This document shows, one piece after another, positions 12,194 to 24,655 of a DNA stretch of 33,823 nucleotides. This DNA is from Octopus sinensis (taxonomy: Eukaryota): assembly GCF_006345805.1 (NCBI RefSeq), contig NW_021831967.1:1-33823 (forward strand). The letters are read 5' to 3'. A model generated the notes under the pieces. That model searched no databases and had not been told where the DNA came from. It worked only from the letters and a program-made list of their open reading frames with translations. The stretch's first letter is position 1. Every line of letters starts with the position of its first letter. A program made the translations under genes and the position numbers.

Positions 12194-12267
<74 letters not shown>
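12030..12267. repeat. (TTA)n/(TTG)n array, i.e. (AAT)n tail of RLE copy B on the minus strand
   Basis: Directly follows the 3' UTR of copy B and precedes the 5' junction of copy A. Confidence 0.9.
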
Positions 12268-12269
<2 letters not shown>

Positions 12270-14095
12270 TAGCCGTATTTTTATCACTTGCTTTCACCAC
12301 ACTACCATGCATAGCTCTGTGTGCCTCGGCTTTGTGCTGTGGTGTGTTGTGGTGCTCTTACCGTCATTGTATTTAAAGTGTTTTAGGTAGGATGTGTGCG
12401 GTACCTAGTAGTGCTATTTTCTGTAAATCGTATACACTTATAAGTCCTGGTGTTTTGCTTATGTATTTGTCTGAATGTTTTTTATATCATACTTAATACA
12501 CATACTATCATAAGAATTGTTTCTGTTTTTAGGCTCTACATTCGAGTTACTTCTATTTCCAGATCTTTGTATGTTGAAAGATTATAAACGTTTTCATCTG
12601 TTGGCATTGATACATCAGTGAAGGCGCGTGGTTTAGTGGTTAGTGCATTTGACTCACGAGCGTAAGGTTGTCAGTTCAATACCCAACGACGCGTTGTGTC
12701 CAGGAGCAAGACACTTTATTTCACGTCGCTCCAGTCCACTCATCTAGCAAAAGTGAATGATACCTGTATTTCAAAGGGCCGGCCTTGCGACACTCTGTCA
12801 CACTGAATCTCCCTGAGAACTGCGTTAAGTGTACACGGGTCATGCTCAGCGACATGCATTTTAGGAGCAAGCTGTTCCGTTGATCGTATTAGCTGAAACC
12901 TTCGTCGTCGTAACCGACGTAGTGCCCCTCATTGATACATCGATTAGAAGGCATTCTTTCCTTAGTGATCACTGTCACCTATATTCGGTATGTTAGCCTT
13001 GATTTCTCTATCTGTGTGTATTGGCATATCCCAGATTATGGTTGCTTTCTCATTTTCTGTGACCCTTTCTGGGGTGTGCCTATACTGTCTCTTTTCTGTT
13101 GTCATTTCATAGTGTTTGCATAGCATCCAGGGTATATAGGTCCCAACTCTTTCATGTCCGTGAATATTTTCTTTCTTAGCCAGGACTCTGGGCAGCCAGA
13201 GACAATATGATTTATTGTTTTTTCTCCATCCCCACATATTCTGCAGTTACGTGTTGTATTTGTTTACATTTTGTATTTTGATGATTTCTGATGGGAAGAC
13301 TTTGATCTTGTGCTGCAATTAAAATTCCTCCAGTCTCTGATTTCAGTCCTGAGCTTCTCAACCAACGTCGGGATTTTGCTTTGTTTATTATTTATCTATT
13401 TACCTAACCCAGTATTTGACATGTAGGGCCTTTTCTTGCCATTGTCTTATCATGATACGCTGTTGTACCAGTTTTAGTATGGATTGTAGCTGTTCTACAG
13501 ATTTCGTTGTTTCTTCTTTCCTTCAATGACTTCTCTTTTGTATTTTTCAGCTTCCTCAAAGACAGAAAACAGATTTTTGGCTTCGTATTTTGTGGCTTGT
13601 TGTGTCAGTTTTCTTTGCTTCTGAAGTAGCTATTTGTTTAATTCTATGGTGGTTATTTTAGTTTTCTAGCTGTATAAGGCTTCTATCACCTTCAATATGT
13701 TAAATATATATAACTTTTCTACGTCAGATTTTGGGTGGTGCATCCTAAAATCTGTCATCATTTTTCTTGTTTTCCTATTTTGATTAGTTCATTTAGAGTC
13801 CAGTTAAGAACATTATAGCTATACCTTACAACCGGGACGGTTAGAGTGTTGATACCTATTATCTTGGTTTTCGCATTGAGATCTGCTTTAATCTAACACG
13901 TCTATAGTATTCCTTTCTTATCTTCTCTTTCATTTTTGTGTGTTAAATCGTATCTAGTTCATCGATTCCTAAATATTTGTATGTCTGGCTTTGGTCTAAT
14001 TCTCTTATTTCATTTGCTTTATCTAGTGTGATGTTGTTACTCTTTACTAGTTTTCGTTTTATTAAAGGTTACTTTGGTACATCTTTTCATCATCA
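12268..14095 (-). mobile_element. R4/Dong-like RLE retrotransposon, 5'-truncated (copy B), interrupted by a SINE
   Basis: Minus translation gives YKYLGID, INTLTVPVVRYSYNVLNW, VLAKKENIHGHERVGTYIPW.LCKHY, TENEKATIIWDMPIHTDREIKAN, LLIDVSMPTD and LQKIALLGTAHIL, then a 3' UTR and (AAT)n. Confidence 0.85.
12617..12929 (+). mobile_element. tRNA-headed SINE, family C, with 12-bp TSD
   Basis: Head GGCGCGTGGTTTAGTGGTTAG...AGTTCAATACCC. Flanking direct repeat CATTGATACATC at 12605-12616 and 12930-12941. Confidence 0.85.
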
Positions 14096-14231
14096 ACATC
14101 ATTGAGGATAATGATGATGAAATTAACAACAAAAATGATGATGATAATGATGATGATGATAAGAAGAAGAAGGAGGAGGAGGAGGAGGAGGAGAAGAAGG
14201 AGAATAAGAAGAAGAAGAAGAAGGAGGAGGA

Positions 14232-14278
<47 letters not shown>

Positions 14279-14370
14279 AGAAGGAGAGGAGGAGGAGAAG
14301 AAGAAGAAGAAGAAGAAGAAGAAGAAGAAGAAGAAGAAGAAGAAGAAGAAGAAGAAGAAGAAGAAGAAGA
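14096..14370. repeat. (GAT)n/(GAG)n/(GAA)n purine-rich compound microsatellite
   Basis: Direct reading. Confidence 0.95.
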
Positions 14371-14762
14371 ATGCTGTGCATGTCTGAGAGAAATGGAAAA
14401 ACTAGGAAAATAGAACTATCGAGATAGATAGCAATCTGGAAATCGATTTAACTAGAATGCGATGTTACTCTACTCTACTCGCTGTTTTAGATAGATTGTA
14501 CATATGCTGATGATGCAGATGGTGGAACTATGACCTTATACATACACACAAGCCGGATAGTCTAAGTATAGGTTTTCCTCATGTTAGTCGTAGTATTTTC
14601 GGTAAAACTAGAAAATGAAAAAGAGAAAATGCACGTACTGAAGAAGGACATTACTTCATTCTGCTATGCAGTGTAAGGAACTGGAATATTTTTTCGTAAC
14701 AAAAAAAAAATCAAAAAATAAAGGAACCGAAACATTGAATGATGTATTGAAGTTATACTTAC

Positions 14763-15030
14763 TTTTGTTTTTAAGAGATGCTTAAAATCAGGCTTCAGGA
14801 AAAAGATGATGCCGTTTAAAGAACCTTCTAACGTGACACCTCTTACTAAGAGTACCGTCAGCATGAAATATGGAAATATCGCTGTGAAGTAGACTATTTT
14901 GCCGAGTGACTGTATTCCTTTGAAGAGACATACTAATATAAGTAGCCACGAAAGGAGAAGACAAAGAACCAATAACCAGTTGGGCGATCCAAATTCGTTT
15001 ATCGTTGGTTTCTGTTGTAGAAGCTGATGT
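14763..15030 (-). CDS. SLC6: SLC6 transporter exon (end of EL2, TM4-TM5), 268 nt, phase 2 to phase 0
   Basis: Encodes (R)HQLLQQKPTINEFGSPNWLLVLCLLLSWLLILVCLFKGIQSLGKIVYFTAIFPYFMLTVLLVRGVTLEGSLNGIIFFLKPDFKHLLKTK. Acceptor tttttAAG at 15033-15031 and donor GTAAGT from 14762. Joins in frame to VWSDAATQ of the 5652 exon. Confidence 0.93.
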
Positions 15031-15055
15031 CTTAAAAACAAAAACGAGAAAGAAA

Positions 15056-15075
15056 TAATAATAATAATAATAATA

Positions 15076-15149
<74 letters not shown>

Positions 15150-15185
15150 GCAATAATAGCGTTTAGAACAACAGCAACAACAATA
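15056..15185. repeat. (AAT)n(AAC)n microsatellite directly upstream of the SLC6 acceptor
   Basis: Direct reading; begins 26 nt from the splice acceptor. Confidence 0.95.
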
Positions 15186-15199
15186 AGCACAGGTGCCGA

Positions 15200-15706
15200 T
15201 GTAATCGACTAGACAACTCCTCCTCCCCGAAAAAATTCAAGCCTTGTGCCTTTAGTAGAAATAATTTTTATTACTTTATCAACCCCGAAATTATGAAAGG
15301 CAAAGTCGGCTTCAAAATGTAAAGATGGACGAAATACTCCAAATCGACAACATTCGTAATGTCGATGGATGGGATAATTCGATTACATCGCCCCTTGTGT
15401 TAACCTTTTATCGACTACGGAAGGACAAAATGCTAAGCAGACTGCAACATAATTTTGGCTCGGACATAAAGACGGACGAAACACCGCTAAGCATTTTGCC
15501 CGGCTTACTTAACGATACTGCCACTTTCATGATGACCATAACGAGTATATCGACCCCAGAGTTTCACTGGTACATATTTTACTAACCTCGAAAGGATGAA
15601 AGTCAAAGTCGAACTCAGTGGAATTTGTACTCAGAACGTAGCGACATGCGAAATTCCGCTAAGCATTTCGCCCAGCAAGCTAACGATTCTGTCAGCTCGC
15701 TGTCCT
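15200..15706 (-). mobile_element. Cluster of degenerate SINE family A copies
   Basis: Reverse complement of 15545-15706 gives AGGACAGCGAGCTGACAGAATCGTTAGC...GGGCGAAATGCTTAGCGG...TTTCATCCTTTCG. More degraded pieces lie at about 15200-15530. Confidence 0.7.
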
Positions 15707-15949
15707 CATAATATGTCAAGAAAATATTAAGAATTGCTCAATGAGATCGAAAAATGTGGCATCTCAAGACGGTTAAAATGACAGTGAATGTAGGAGAACG
15801 CTGGAATGGTAAAAAAATGGTGTTGAAAATTGTTTGAGATAAGCAACCCCAGCAAGAAGAGGTCCAATCCAAATTGAAACGGCTAATAAAACAACCACGG
15901 TAGGACAGAAGATGTACATCTAATGTAACGCTAACTGGATGATACGGCT

Positions 15950-16900
15950 GGTAAGACACCAAAATCAGGATAAGAAACTGAGCTCAATCTTAAACGGGAT
16001 GCATAAATAGAAGCGAGAGCTTAATTTCTCTAGTTATAGTGATGATAATGAGGACTTTAGGCAACAAAAGGCAACAAAAAAGGTCACTAAGGCAACGAAA
16101 AAGTGTAAAACAATAGCCACGCAGGAAACATTGAAGGAAATGTCGAGACCGTTGCAAGAAAAACTATTAGTTTGGCAATGCCGCAAATGAGGCCGGGAAG
16201 CTGATGTAGTTAAGAAAAGCACCCATCAGTGGTGCAGATCACTAGTTTGAAAACTAAAACAAAAGAATTCATCCTAACGGTTCAAGATCTGAGCCTACTA
16301 TCAAGCTGGTGCCACGCACAATGGAGCAGAAATAAAGTGTAGACTCTGTGATGACAAGCTTGAGAGCCTTGACTGAAAAGTTACCAGCCGTTTAGTTCTA
16401 GCCCCCACAGAATATAAACTCAGGCATGACCGAGTTGGTCAATAATTGCACTTGGAGCAAATGCCGTCACTATGATATCCTGCACTCTAAGAACTGGTAT
16501 GAATACCATCCAGTATCAGTCACGGAAGGGAAGAATGTTACCATCCTATGTGATTATGTGATGCATACAGGCAGACAAATAAATGATAACAAGTCAGACA
16601 TCATCATCAAAATCTAAAACATTACTGTTAATTGATATGATGGTACCTGCTGATAGAAAGATCTCAGCAAACGAATTCGAAAAACTACCGAAAACAATTC
16701 CTGCTGTAGGTGCCATAGGAATGACGAAGAAAGGGCACCGACAAACGTGTTGACCAGATTCCAGGAAAACCAGCATTCTACAAAGTTCAAAAACTTGCGC
16801 TGACATCAACCGCTCACATTCTCAGGAGGTTTATCGCCATTTAATATATGCGTACCATAGGACTCTGGTTGAAACCCGGCCGGAAGATGAAATAAAATGG
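15950..16900 (+). mobile_element. R4/Dong-like RLE retrotransposon 3' fragment (copy C), heavily decayed
   Basis: Fragments NGAEIKCRLCDDKLE, APTEYKLRHDRVGQ, KNWYEYHP..VTEGKNVTILCD, IIIK, LLIDMMVPAD and TAHILRRF. Confidence 0.75.
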
Positions 16901-16944
16901 AAATCAAACGATTTTCATTATGAATTTATTGCAAAAAAGAGACG

Positions 16945-17110
16945 GTGGTGATGATGATGACGATGATCATGATGATGACGATCATGATAACAATGATGAT
17001 GTTGATGCTGACGAAGACGACGATGATGAAGGTGATGATGACGTTGGTGATAACGATGATGATGATGACGATGAGGTTATTGATGGAGTTGATGATTCTG
17101 ATGACTCATG
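16945..17110. repeat. (GAT)n imperfect microsatellite
   Basis: Direct reading. Confidence 0.9.
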
Positions 17111-17589
17111 GCATTCAAACGAATGTGGCGTTCGTACATATAGAAATATTTAATTAGATAGTTCGGTAGATAAATGCGTTTATATTCCTCACAACAATGA
17201 TACGGTAGCATCTCTTTTCCACCTTTAGCAAAGTTCGTTCCGTGGCAGTAATATCCAGCTAGAGATAGCAGAGAACTGCAACATATTTCAAAAGATTTTT
17301 CGCTAAGCTATTACGCAGAATAGCAAGACCTAATGGATCCCGTAATGGTCGGTGTTACTATGGTATTAACACAACACGCGGCCATGTAAACACACAGAGA
17401 CGAACTGATGTAGAGACGTATATGCACAGATACCCAGACATACTCAGGCACGAACACGGACACAGATTCACACATACACACATACAAAACACACATATAC
17501 ACACATGCGCGCAATTGTATATTCTCTCTCTCCATCTACATATTTACCAGTTCATTTGTCTATCTACTTATCTATCTCCCAAGTACTAT

Positions 17590-17756
17590 GTTTACGTGTG
17601 TGTACACACACTCACATACAAACACTCATATACATATATATATACATATATATATGCAAATATATATGTATATAAATATGCATATATATATATATATATA
17701 CATATATATATGCATATATATATGTATATAAATATGCATATATATATGTATATATA

Positions 17757-17792
<36 letters not shown>

Positions 17793-17895
17793 TGTATGTA
17801 TGTATTATGTATGTATGTATGTATGTATGTATGTATATATATATATATATATGGAGAGAGAGAGAGAGAGAGAATGTGTGTGTGTGTGTGAAAGA
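17590..17895. repeat. (TA)n/(TATG)n/(GA)n/(TG)n compound microsatellite
   Basis: Direct reading. Confidence 0.9.
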
Positions 17896-18466
17896 GACCT
17901 TACACACAGGGGCATACTCATATACTCATATAGTTGCAATTTCCAGGAAGTTTTCGTTGTGAAGAGTACAAAACTACAATGGGTATTTTTTCTAATTCCC
18001 TACGCTTTTTTTTTTCTGTATCGGATAAGTGCAATATTCCTTCCTATGTTATTACGCATTCATACTTTTCTCAATAATTATGCTTGCGGATACAGAAAGA
18101 TTTGGGAAAAATAGTTGCGAGCAGAAGTACTACACTTAGAGGCTTTCTTTTTTTGCCATTGTGTTATAGACATCGCCATTTACAATAACTTAAATAATAT
18201 GTCACACGCGGCTTAGTCGTTAGGTGTCAAGCTAAAACCGCGGGATATATTTAAAGCACAACACTATTACCAGCTCCAGAATTTGCACGATGATGTCATA
18301 ATGATATAGTTGCCAAATACTTTTGAATCAGTAATTTTCTGCATGAAATAATGTGGTAGCGCAGTGATGTAAATGGTTTTCATTTGGTACATACAATCAT
18401 ACAAGTTTGCCCATAGAGAGCGGCAACGATGTATTTCTGTCTGTCTATCTGTCTATGTGTGTTGGC

Positions 18467-18467
<1 letters not shown>

Positions 18468-18564
<97 letters not shown>
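18468..18564. repeat. (TATC)n array, left flank of the Tx1-like element
   Basis: Pure TATC run ending at the element junction ATCT|TCTGGA. Confidence 0.95.
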
Positions 18565-18565
<1 letters not shown>

Positions 18566-21534
18566 CTGGATGTTGACGGCAGCAATGGGTGCGCTTTTCG
18601 ACTCGTATCAGTCTACGCACCGCCCTTAACAGGTCGGGCGGATTTCTTTCGACGTCTAGAAGTATTCTTGGGAACGTCTCGTCCTTTACTCTTAGTGGGG
18701 GATTGGACTGCTACCTTGGACACGCATGTAGACTACGTGGGTAGAGACAGAAACAGAAGGGGATGCAAATGCCTCAGAGACCTGCTCAGACGATTCCAAC
18801 TGTCTGACAGGTACCGACTCGACCACCCAAATGCACCAACGTGGACATGGAGCAACCGCAGTGGGTCGTCGAGATCGTATCTAGATAGGATACTGTGTAG
18901 GACAGTAGACAAGGATAACTTAGGATGTCCACAATTCCACACAGTCAGCTACACGGATCACAAATTGGTGACGTGTACGCTAGACTTAGATAAGGCACAT
19001 AGACAGGGTCCTGGGTACTGGAAACTGAACGCATCATTCCCGTCCAGACAAGTTTTCAGAGACCGGATTAGCACACTAGTAAAGAGGGCTTTGACGGGAG
19101 CCATCATCAACAACAAATGGTGGTTTGCCCTCAAGAGAGCAGTAAAAGCAGAAGCGATTAGGTACAGCAAAGCACTAGCCATAGATAGAAATAGAGTAGA
19201 GGGTGAGCTAGTTAAGAAGCTAGAAGAGGCAATTAGAAGCGGCATCGCATCCGACGTTTTGGCGGCGAGGTTGGCCCTCGACCAACACTTCAACGCCAAA
19301 CACGAAGGATGTGCTGTCAGAGCTAGGATGCGTGCTCTAAGGAACGAAGGTGTTGGAGCCGCGAGAGAGGCCCGGGTGGCAGAGGCGCAACAGGGCAACA
19401 AAGCCACCATTCGGTCACTGGTAGATGAACAGGGGCGCGAATTGCTCGAGCCAAGTAAAATGTGTGAGGCCTTTCAGCAGCATTTTGCCCGACTGTTCGG
19501 GACGAGTGGAGGGCAAGAACGTAGGGTAGACTTCAGTGCCTACCTACATAGCCTGCCACGACTCTCGACAAGAAAGGCAGGGTGCTGCGAAGGTGCCATC
19601 ACGGCGGCGGAAGTGCGGGAAGCGATGGCAGAATGCTCGAGGGACAAATCACCGGGTTTGGATGGTCTACCCTACGAATTTTACTATTGTATGCCAGACT
19701 TGTTTGGAGACGTCTTGGCAGCGGTATACTGCAACTGGCAGCAAAACGGGAGCATACCCGGTTTTGTGAGTCGAGGAGCTGTAACTCTGCTGAAGAAAGA
19801 TCCAAACAAGGGAAACATTATAGATAACTTTAGGCCAATCACTCTGCTCAATGCAGACCTGAAAATTTTGACAAAGGTGTTAGCCAAGAGGTTGGCGCTT
19901 GTCATGGAGAAACTGGTCGACAACGCACAAACGTGCGCCGTGCCGGGCCGGAGCATCCATGACAACCTCCATCTGATGCGCTACATCATAGACAGGGTAG
20001 TTAACGAACCTGGCATGGGTGGGGCCCTGATCAACTTGGATCAATCGAAAGCCTTTGATAGGGTAGACCATCGATACTTGGAGGCAGTCCTGAGAGCGGC
20101 TGGTTTCGGTCCCGTCTTCCGCGGCTGGATAGCTGCCTTGTACAGGGGCATCCGTTCGGTAATTCGCGTAAATGGACATCTATCGAGACCCTTCGACATT
20201 GCACGTTCGGTCCGTCAGGGATGCCCCCTCTCGGCGCTTCTATACGTATTGACTCTTGAGCCACTACTGCGGAAGCTGGCGACTCTGAGGGGCATCCCGC
20301 GAGAATTAGGATGAGGGACGAGCGTGTCTGCATACGCGGACGACGTCACCGTCATAGTGTCAAGCCACGAGCACATCGAGCGGGTCGGCGAGACACTGAA
20401 AGACTACGAAGCGGTGACAGGAGCAAAAATCAACCGGGAAAAGTCAGTGGGCTTGCGGCTCGGCACCTGGAGAAGCAAGCCCATGCCGTCCACCAGTACC
20501 TCCGTCGTGGGACGCTGGACAGACGGCCCGGTTGAGTTGCTCGGGGTCTGGTTCGGTCCGGACCTCCAAATGGAGAAGAACTGGAACGAGATAACGAGTA
20601 GGGTGGTCACTCTCGCCCAGCAATGGGCCGAGAGGAAACTGTCCCTAAAAGGTCGGGCGGAGGTGGTGAACGCGTACATCGCGTCCATCATCTACTACCG
20701 CCTGACCGTCGTACCTTGTCCCGACCCTACCATCACCAAACTAGAACGCATCCTCTTCCGCTTCTTGTGGAAAGGATGCGTCCCGATGGTCAGGCGATCC
20801 ATTTGCTGTCAACACCCGTTAAAAGGAGGGCTGGGCATGCCGTGGTTGATGATGCGCAGACACGCGCTGAGACTGCGACATCTCCGGCTCTATGTAGACG
20901 ACGGTGAACAGGTGTGGTCACCGTTTGTGAGGCACGCATTCCCGCAACTCGTCTCCATGACCGAACTACAGTCGTGGATCAAAAAGAGGCCGAAGAAGGG
21001 CGAATGGCACCGCGAGTGTCGCGTTGCTCTCAAGCAACTCTGCCGTCCCGGGTCGACCTTGAGTGACTTCAACACAACCAAAGCATTCTATAGGGGATTA
21101 GTGGAGGGGAGGTACGACGACGAGCTCGGGGCAAACCTGGGCGTCGACGAGGAATACCTGACCCGCCTGTTTCAAACGAATTTCGGCCCGGGACCTATGG
21201 ACAATTTCCAGAGATCCCTGGCCTGGCGGTGCTACCGAGAAGCGCTACCCGTTCGGGATAAGCTCTATAGGCATGGCTCGAGAAACACGGGGCCGACCTG
21301 CCCGAGATGCGGGCAGAGCGACGAAGCCGCTCTGCACGCAATCGTGCAGTGTCCAGCAATTTCCCACCTGTGGGCTTATGTCGAACAACTGCTGTCACGT
21401 GTGGGACGTGTCGGTTTATCAGCCGAGTCTATCGTTAATATCGTTTTGTCTAGTGAATTTTTAAAAAAAGATGGGTGAATGTAGCAAGGATGGCACGTAT
21501 GAATGACGAAGCCACCTTGACTATGATTCTATGA
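18565..21534 (+). pseudogene. Tx1-like ORF2 (EN-RT-Zn), interrupted by one nonsense codon and a C-terminal frameshift or deletion
   Basis: ORFs 18407-20314 and 20324-21478 share a frame (LG*GTSVSAYADD). An L1/Tx1-like C-terminus FKKRWVNVARMARMNDEATLTMIL* lies in another frame at 21460-21534. Confidence 0.85.
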
Positions 21535-21938
21535 ACCGTAAAAATTAATACAGAGAGTTGCTTATTTGCAAAAAAAAAAAAAGAAATATAACATGTGACT
21601 TCATTGACCGAGGTTACCGTGGTCTTTTCCGTAGGCTTTTCTTTCCATGGGTAAACCTCACCTGTCCTCCCCTTTACACTTCATATTGACATTTCTGTGA
21701 TAACGATCCCTATTGATCAATTTTTTTTCCTCTCCCCCCTTTTTTTTTACCCCCCCCCCTTTTTTTGTCCTCTTTCTCTCCTTTTACGATCCCTTTTGAT
21801 CGATCCCCCCTTTTTTATTTTATTTTATTTGTTATTTTATTTTATTTATTTATTTTTTTTTTTAAACCTTCAAAAGAAAAGCTCTACCTTGTAATTTGTT
21901 CTATCTGTGTGCAGCCCTGTGTGGCTAATAAAGAAACA
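18565..21938 (+). mobile_element. Tx1-clade (L1 group) non-LTR retrotransposon, 5'-truncated in the endonuclease
   Basis: One reading frame from 18565 to 21478 with a single TGA at 20312-14. It contains partial APE (VYAP, VGDW, WTW..SYLDR, TDH), RT (DKSPGLDGLP, FRPITLLNADLKI, LDQSKAFDRV, VRQGCPLS, YADD) and CPRC-x8-H-x4-C. A 3' UTR with AATAAA at 21927-32 follows. Clearly more GC-rich than the host DNA. Confidence 0.9.
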
Positions 21939-22325
<387 letters not shown>

Positions 22326-22359
22326 CTATTCCTCAATTTGTACATACACTCGCATGCAC

Positions 22360-22456
22360 GCGCGCACACACACACATATGAGTGTATGTTAACAGAGAGA
22401 TAGAGAGTGATTAATAAAAAGGTATCTACGAATATATATATATATAAATATGTATG

Positions 22457-22506
<50 letters not shown>

Positions 22507-22580
22507 TAAACAGATAAAGATATGTATATACAAACATAAATACACGCGTGCACACACACACACATACATACATAATATAT
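22360..22580. repeat. (CA)n/(TA)n microsatellites
   Basis: Direct reading. Confidence 0.85.
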
Positions 22581-23038
22581 AAATATTCCGTTTTCGCTTT
22601 GACACAGCTAGTCGTGTTCTTGGAACTCAATATGCTTATGACAGAGTAAAATGACAGAAAATGTGCAGAGCATAATATTAATGACTGGCAGCAGAAGAGG
22701 CGTGACATATTCATCTGCATCAGCTTAATTCTATCAGAAGCAGGCTTTTAGGCATGGACAGAGAACTATAGCCATGTTTGTCCCTGATTAAAACTTTATT
22801 ATGATTTGACAAATGAATTCTGGTAAAAATACTGAGAAACACTTGTTTCTAGACAGTAATTTGTAATGCAGTCACGTGCATGGATGTTGTGGTAAGGTAT
22901 GAAATTTTAAGTTATCGTAATTACACGCTTAGCAAAGGAACAGTGCGAACTTGTATTTAAACAAATTGGATCTCGATTATAATATCGTTGGCTTGATTCT
23001 CGGTCTGGCAAAAGTATCAAGTGTTTCACTAAAATATA

Positions 23039-23564
23039 TTTGGTTGTCCGGAAAGTTCGTGCTTTCCTTTCCACTTATTTTAGAACATGGTTGAACACCT
23101 CCATTTAGAGCACAGTTTAAGCTATTCGTGGAAGAAGGTTTATTTTCCTATAACATGTGTTAATTCTGTAACCCTTAAAAATGAAAGATAAGAAAGTTTA
23201 TTTTCGGCACTTGATGCTTTGGGAACCAGACAAAAAATTGCTGTAGCTCGGCTGGGATGTGTTACCCCACCCTCCATATTCACTAGATATTGTTCCTTCG
23301 GATTTCCACTTACTCAGGCCTCTGCAGAATAGTCTTAATGGTAAAAATTCCAATTCCTTGGATGACGTAAAAAGATACCTTGATGAATTCTTTGCCATGA
23401 AAAAACCTCAATTCTGTGAAGAGGGTATTTTCACGATAAGAAAAAACGGAAACGCATTGTGGAAAAAAATAGTTCATATTTGGCTGATCAAAAGTGTAAT
23501 GGCAAGTATTTATTGACCTTTTTCTTTCCTTTAAATATCGGCACGAACTTTCCGGGCAACCCAA
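23039..23564 (+). mobile_element. Internally deleted mariner element with both TIRs and TA TSD, 526 bp
   Basis: 24-bp TIRs TTTGGTTGTCCGGAAAGTTCGTGC and TTGGGTTGCCCGGAAAGTTCGTGC (2 mismatches), TA on both sides. Internal MKDKKVYFRHLMLWE is joined to GWDVLPHPPYSLDIVPSDFHLL (YSPDLAP-D motif). Confidence 0.9.
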
Positions 23565-23889
23565 TATTACTTCCTGTTACTTCAGTTCATTCATCCTGTT
23601 ATACTGAGCATTACGACATACGGTGGCTCTAATCAACAACATGTAAGAGTGGTGGTGTAAACTTGTAACCAACACAACTGAAATCCGTTACGTGTGAAGA
23701 GAAACATGTCTAGTATTGGCAGGTCCAACACTAGTGGTAACTTATATATTTACGCTTTACTTTTAGCGTACTTAGATAAGAAACAACAGTCTTATTTTAA
23801 ATTATTAATTCTTGTAAGGAAGGTAGGTTTCCTATTTTTGAAGTGTATTGATACCAGTGAATTAAAACTAGAATATGTCCATTTTCCAG

Positions 23890-24075
<186 letters not shown>

Positions 24076-24444
24076 TACCTACTCCACTGCCACAAAGGGA
24101 AATAATAAATCGTAGAATATTACATAAATAAAGTGAAATACAGACTGTTTAACTCCCAAGTGTAGTCTAGGTTATTTACGCAGCCATGCTGTCTCAAACA
24201 ATTTAGCTTTTCTCCTCCTCTGTCTTTCTTTGTCACTTATATCCTATATGTATTTAATTAAATTCGTATCCTACCCACTTCCATATTCATTAGATTCACG
24301 TTGGCTCTACCTGTCGGCACGAGATCCGTCTATTTACAAAACGTAAGCAATTCACTTGATTGTAAGATTCACAAGCAGAGAATCACTCTAGATAGATACA
24401 CAGTTATCCGCATGCACATGCATGAAAAATATTCATCTATATAC

Positions 24445-24510
24445 ATGTGTGTATGAGTCTGTGTGCGCGTGTGTACGCGTGCGGTTTCTGTGCGTCTGTT
24501 TGTGTGTGTG

Positions 24511-24583
<73 letters not shown>

Positions 24584-24655
24584 AATTTATATTTATATTT
24601 ATATATATTCTTCTCTTGTTTATCAGACATGCAACTGCAGTCATATATATATATA
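24445..24655. repeat. (TG)n(TC)n(TA)n microsatellite
   Basis: Direct reading. Confidence 0.9.

Noticed and set aside
20312-20314. A-to-I recoding of the TGA stop to Trp restoring the RT
   Set aside because: The 5' neighbour G is disfavoured by ADAR and there is no evidence; a simple point mutation is more parsimonious.
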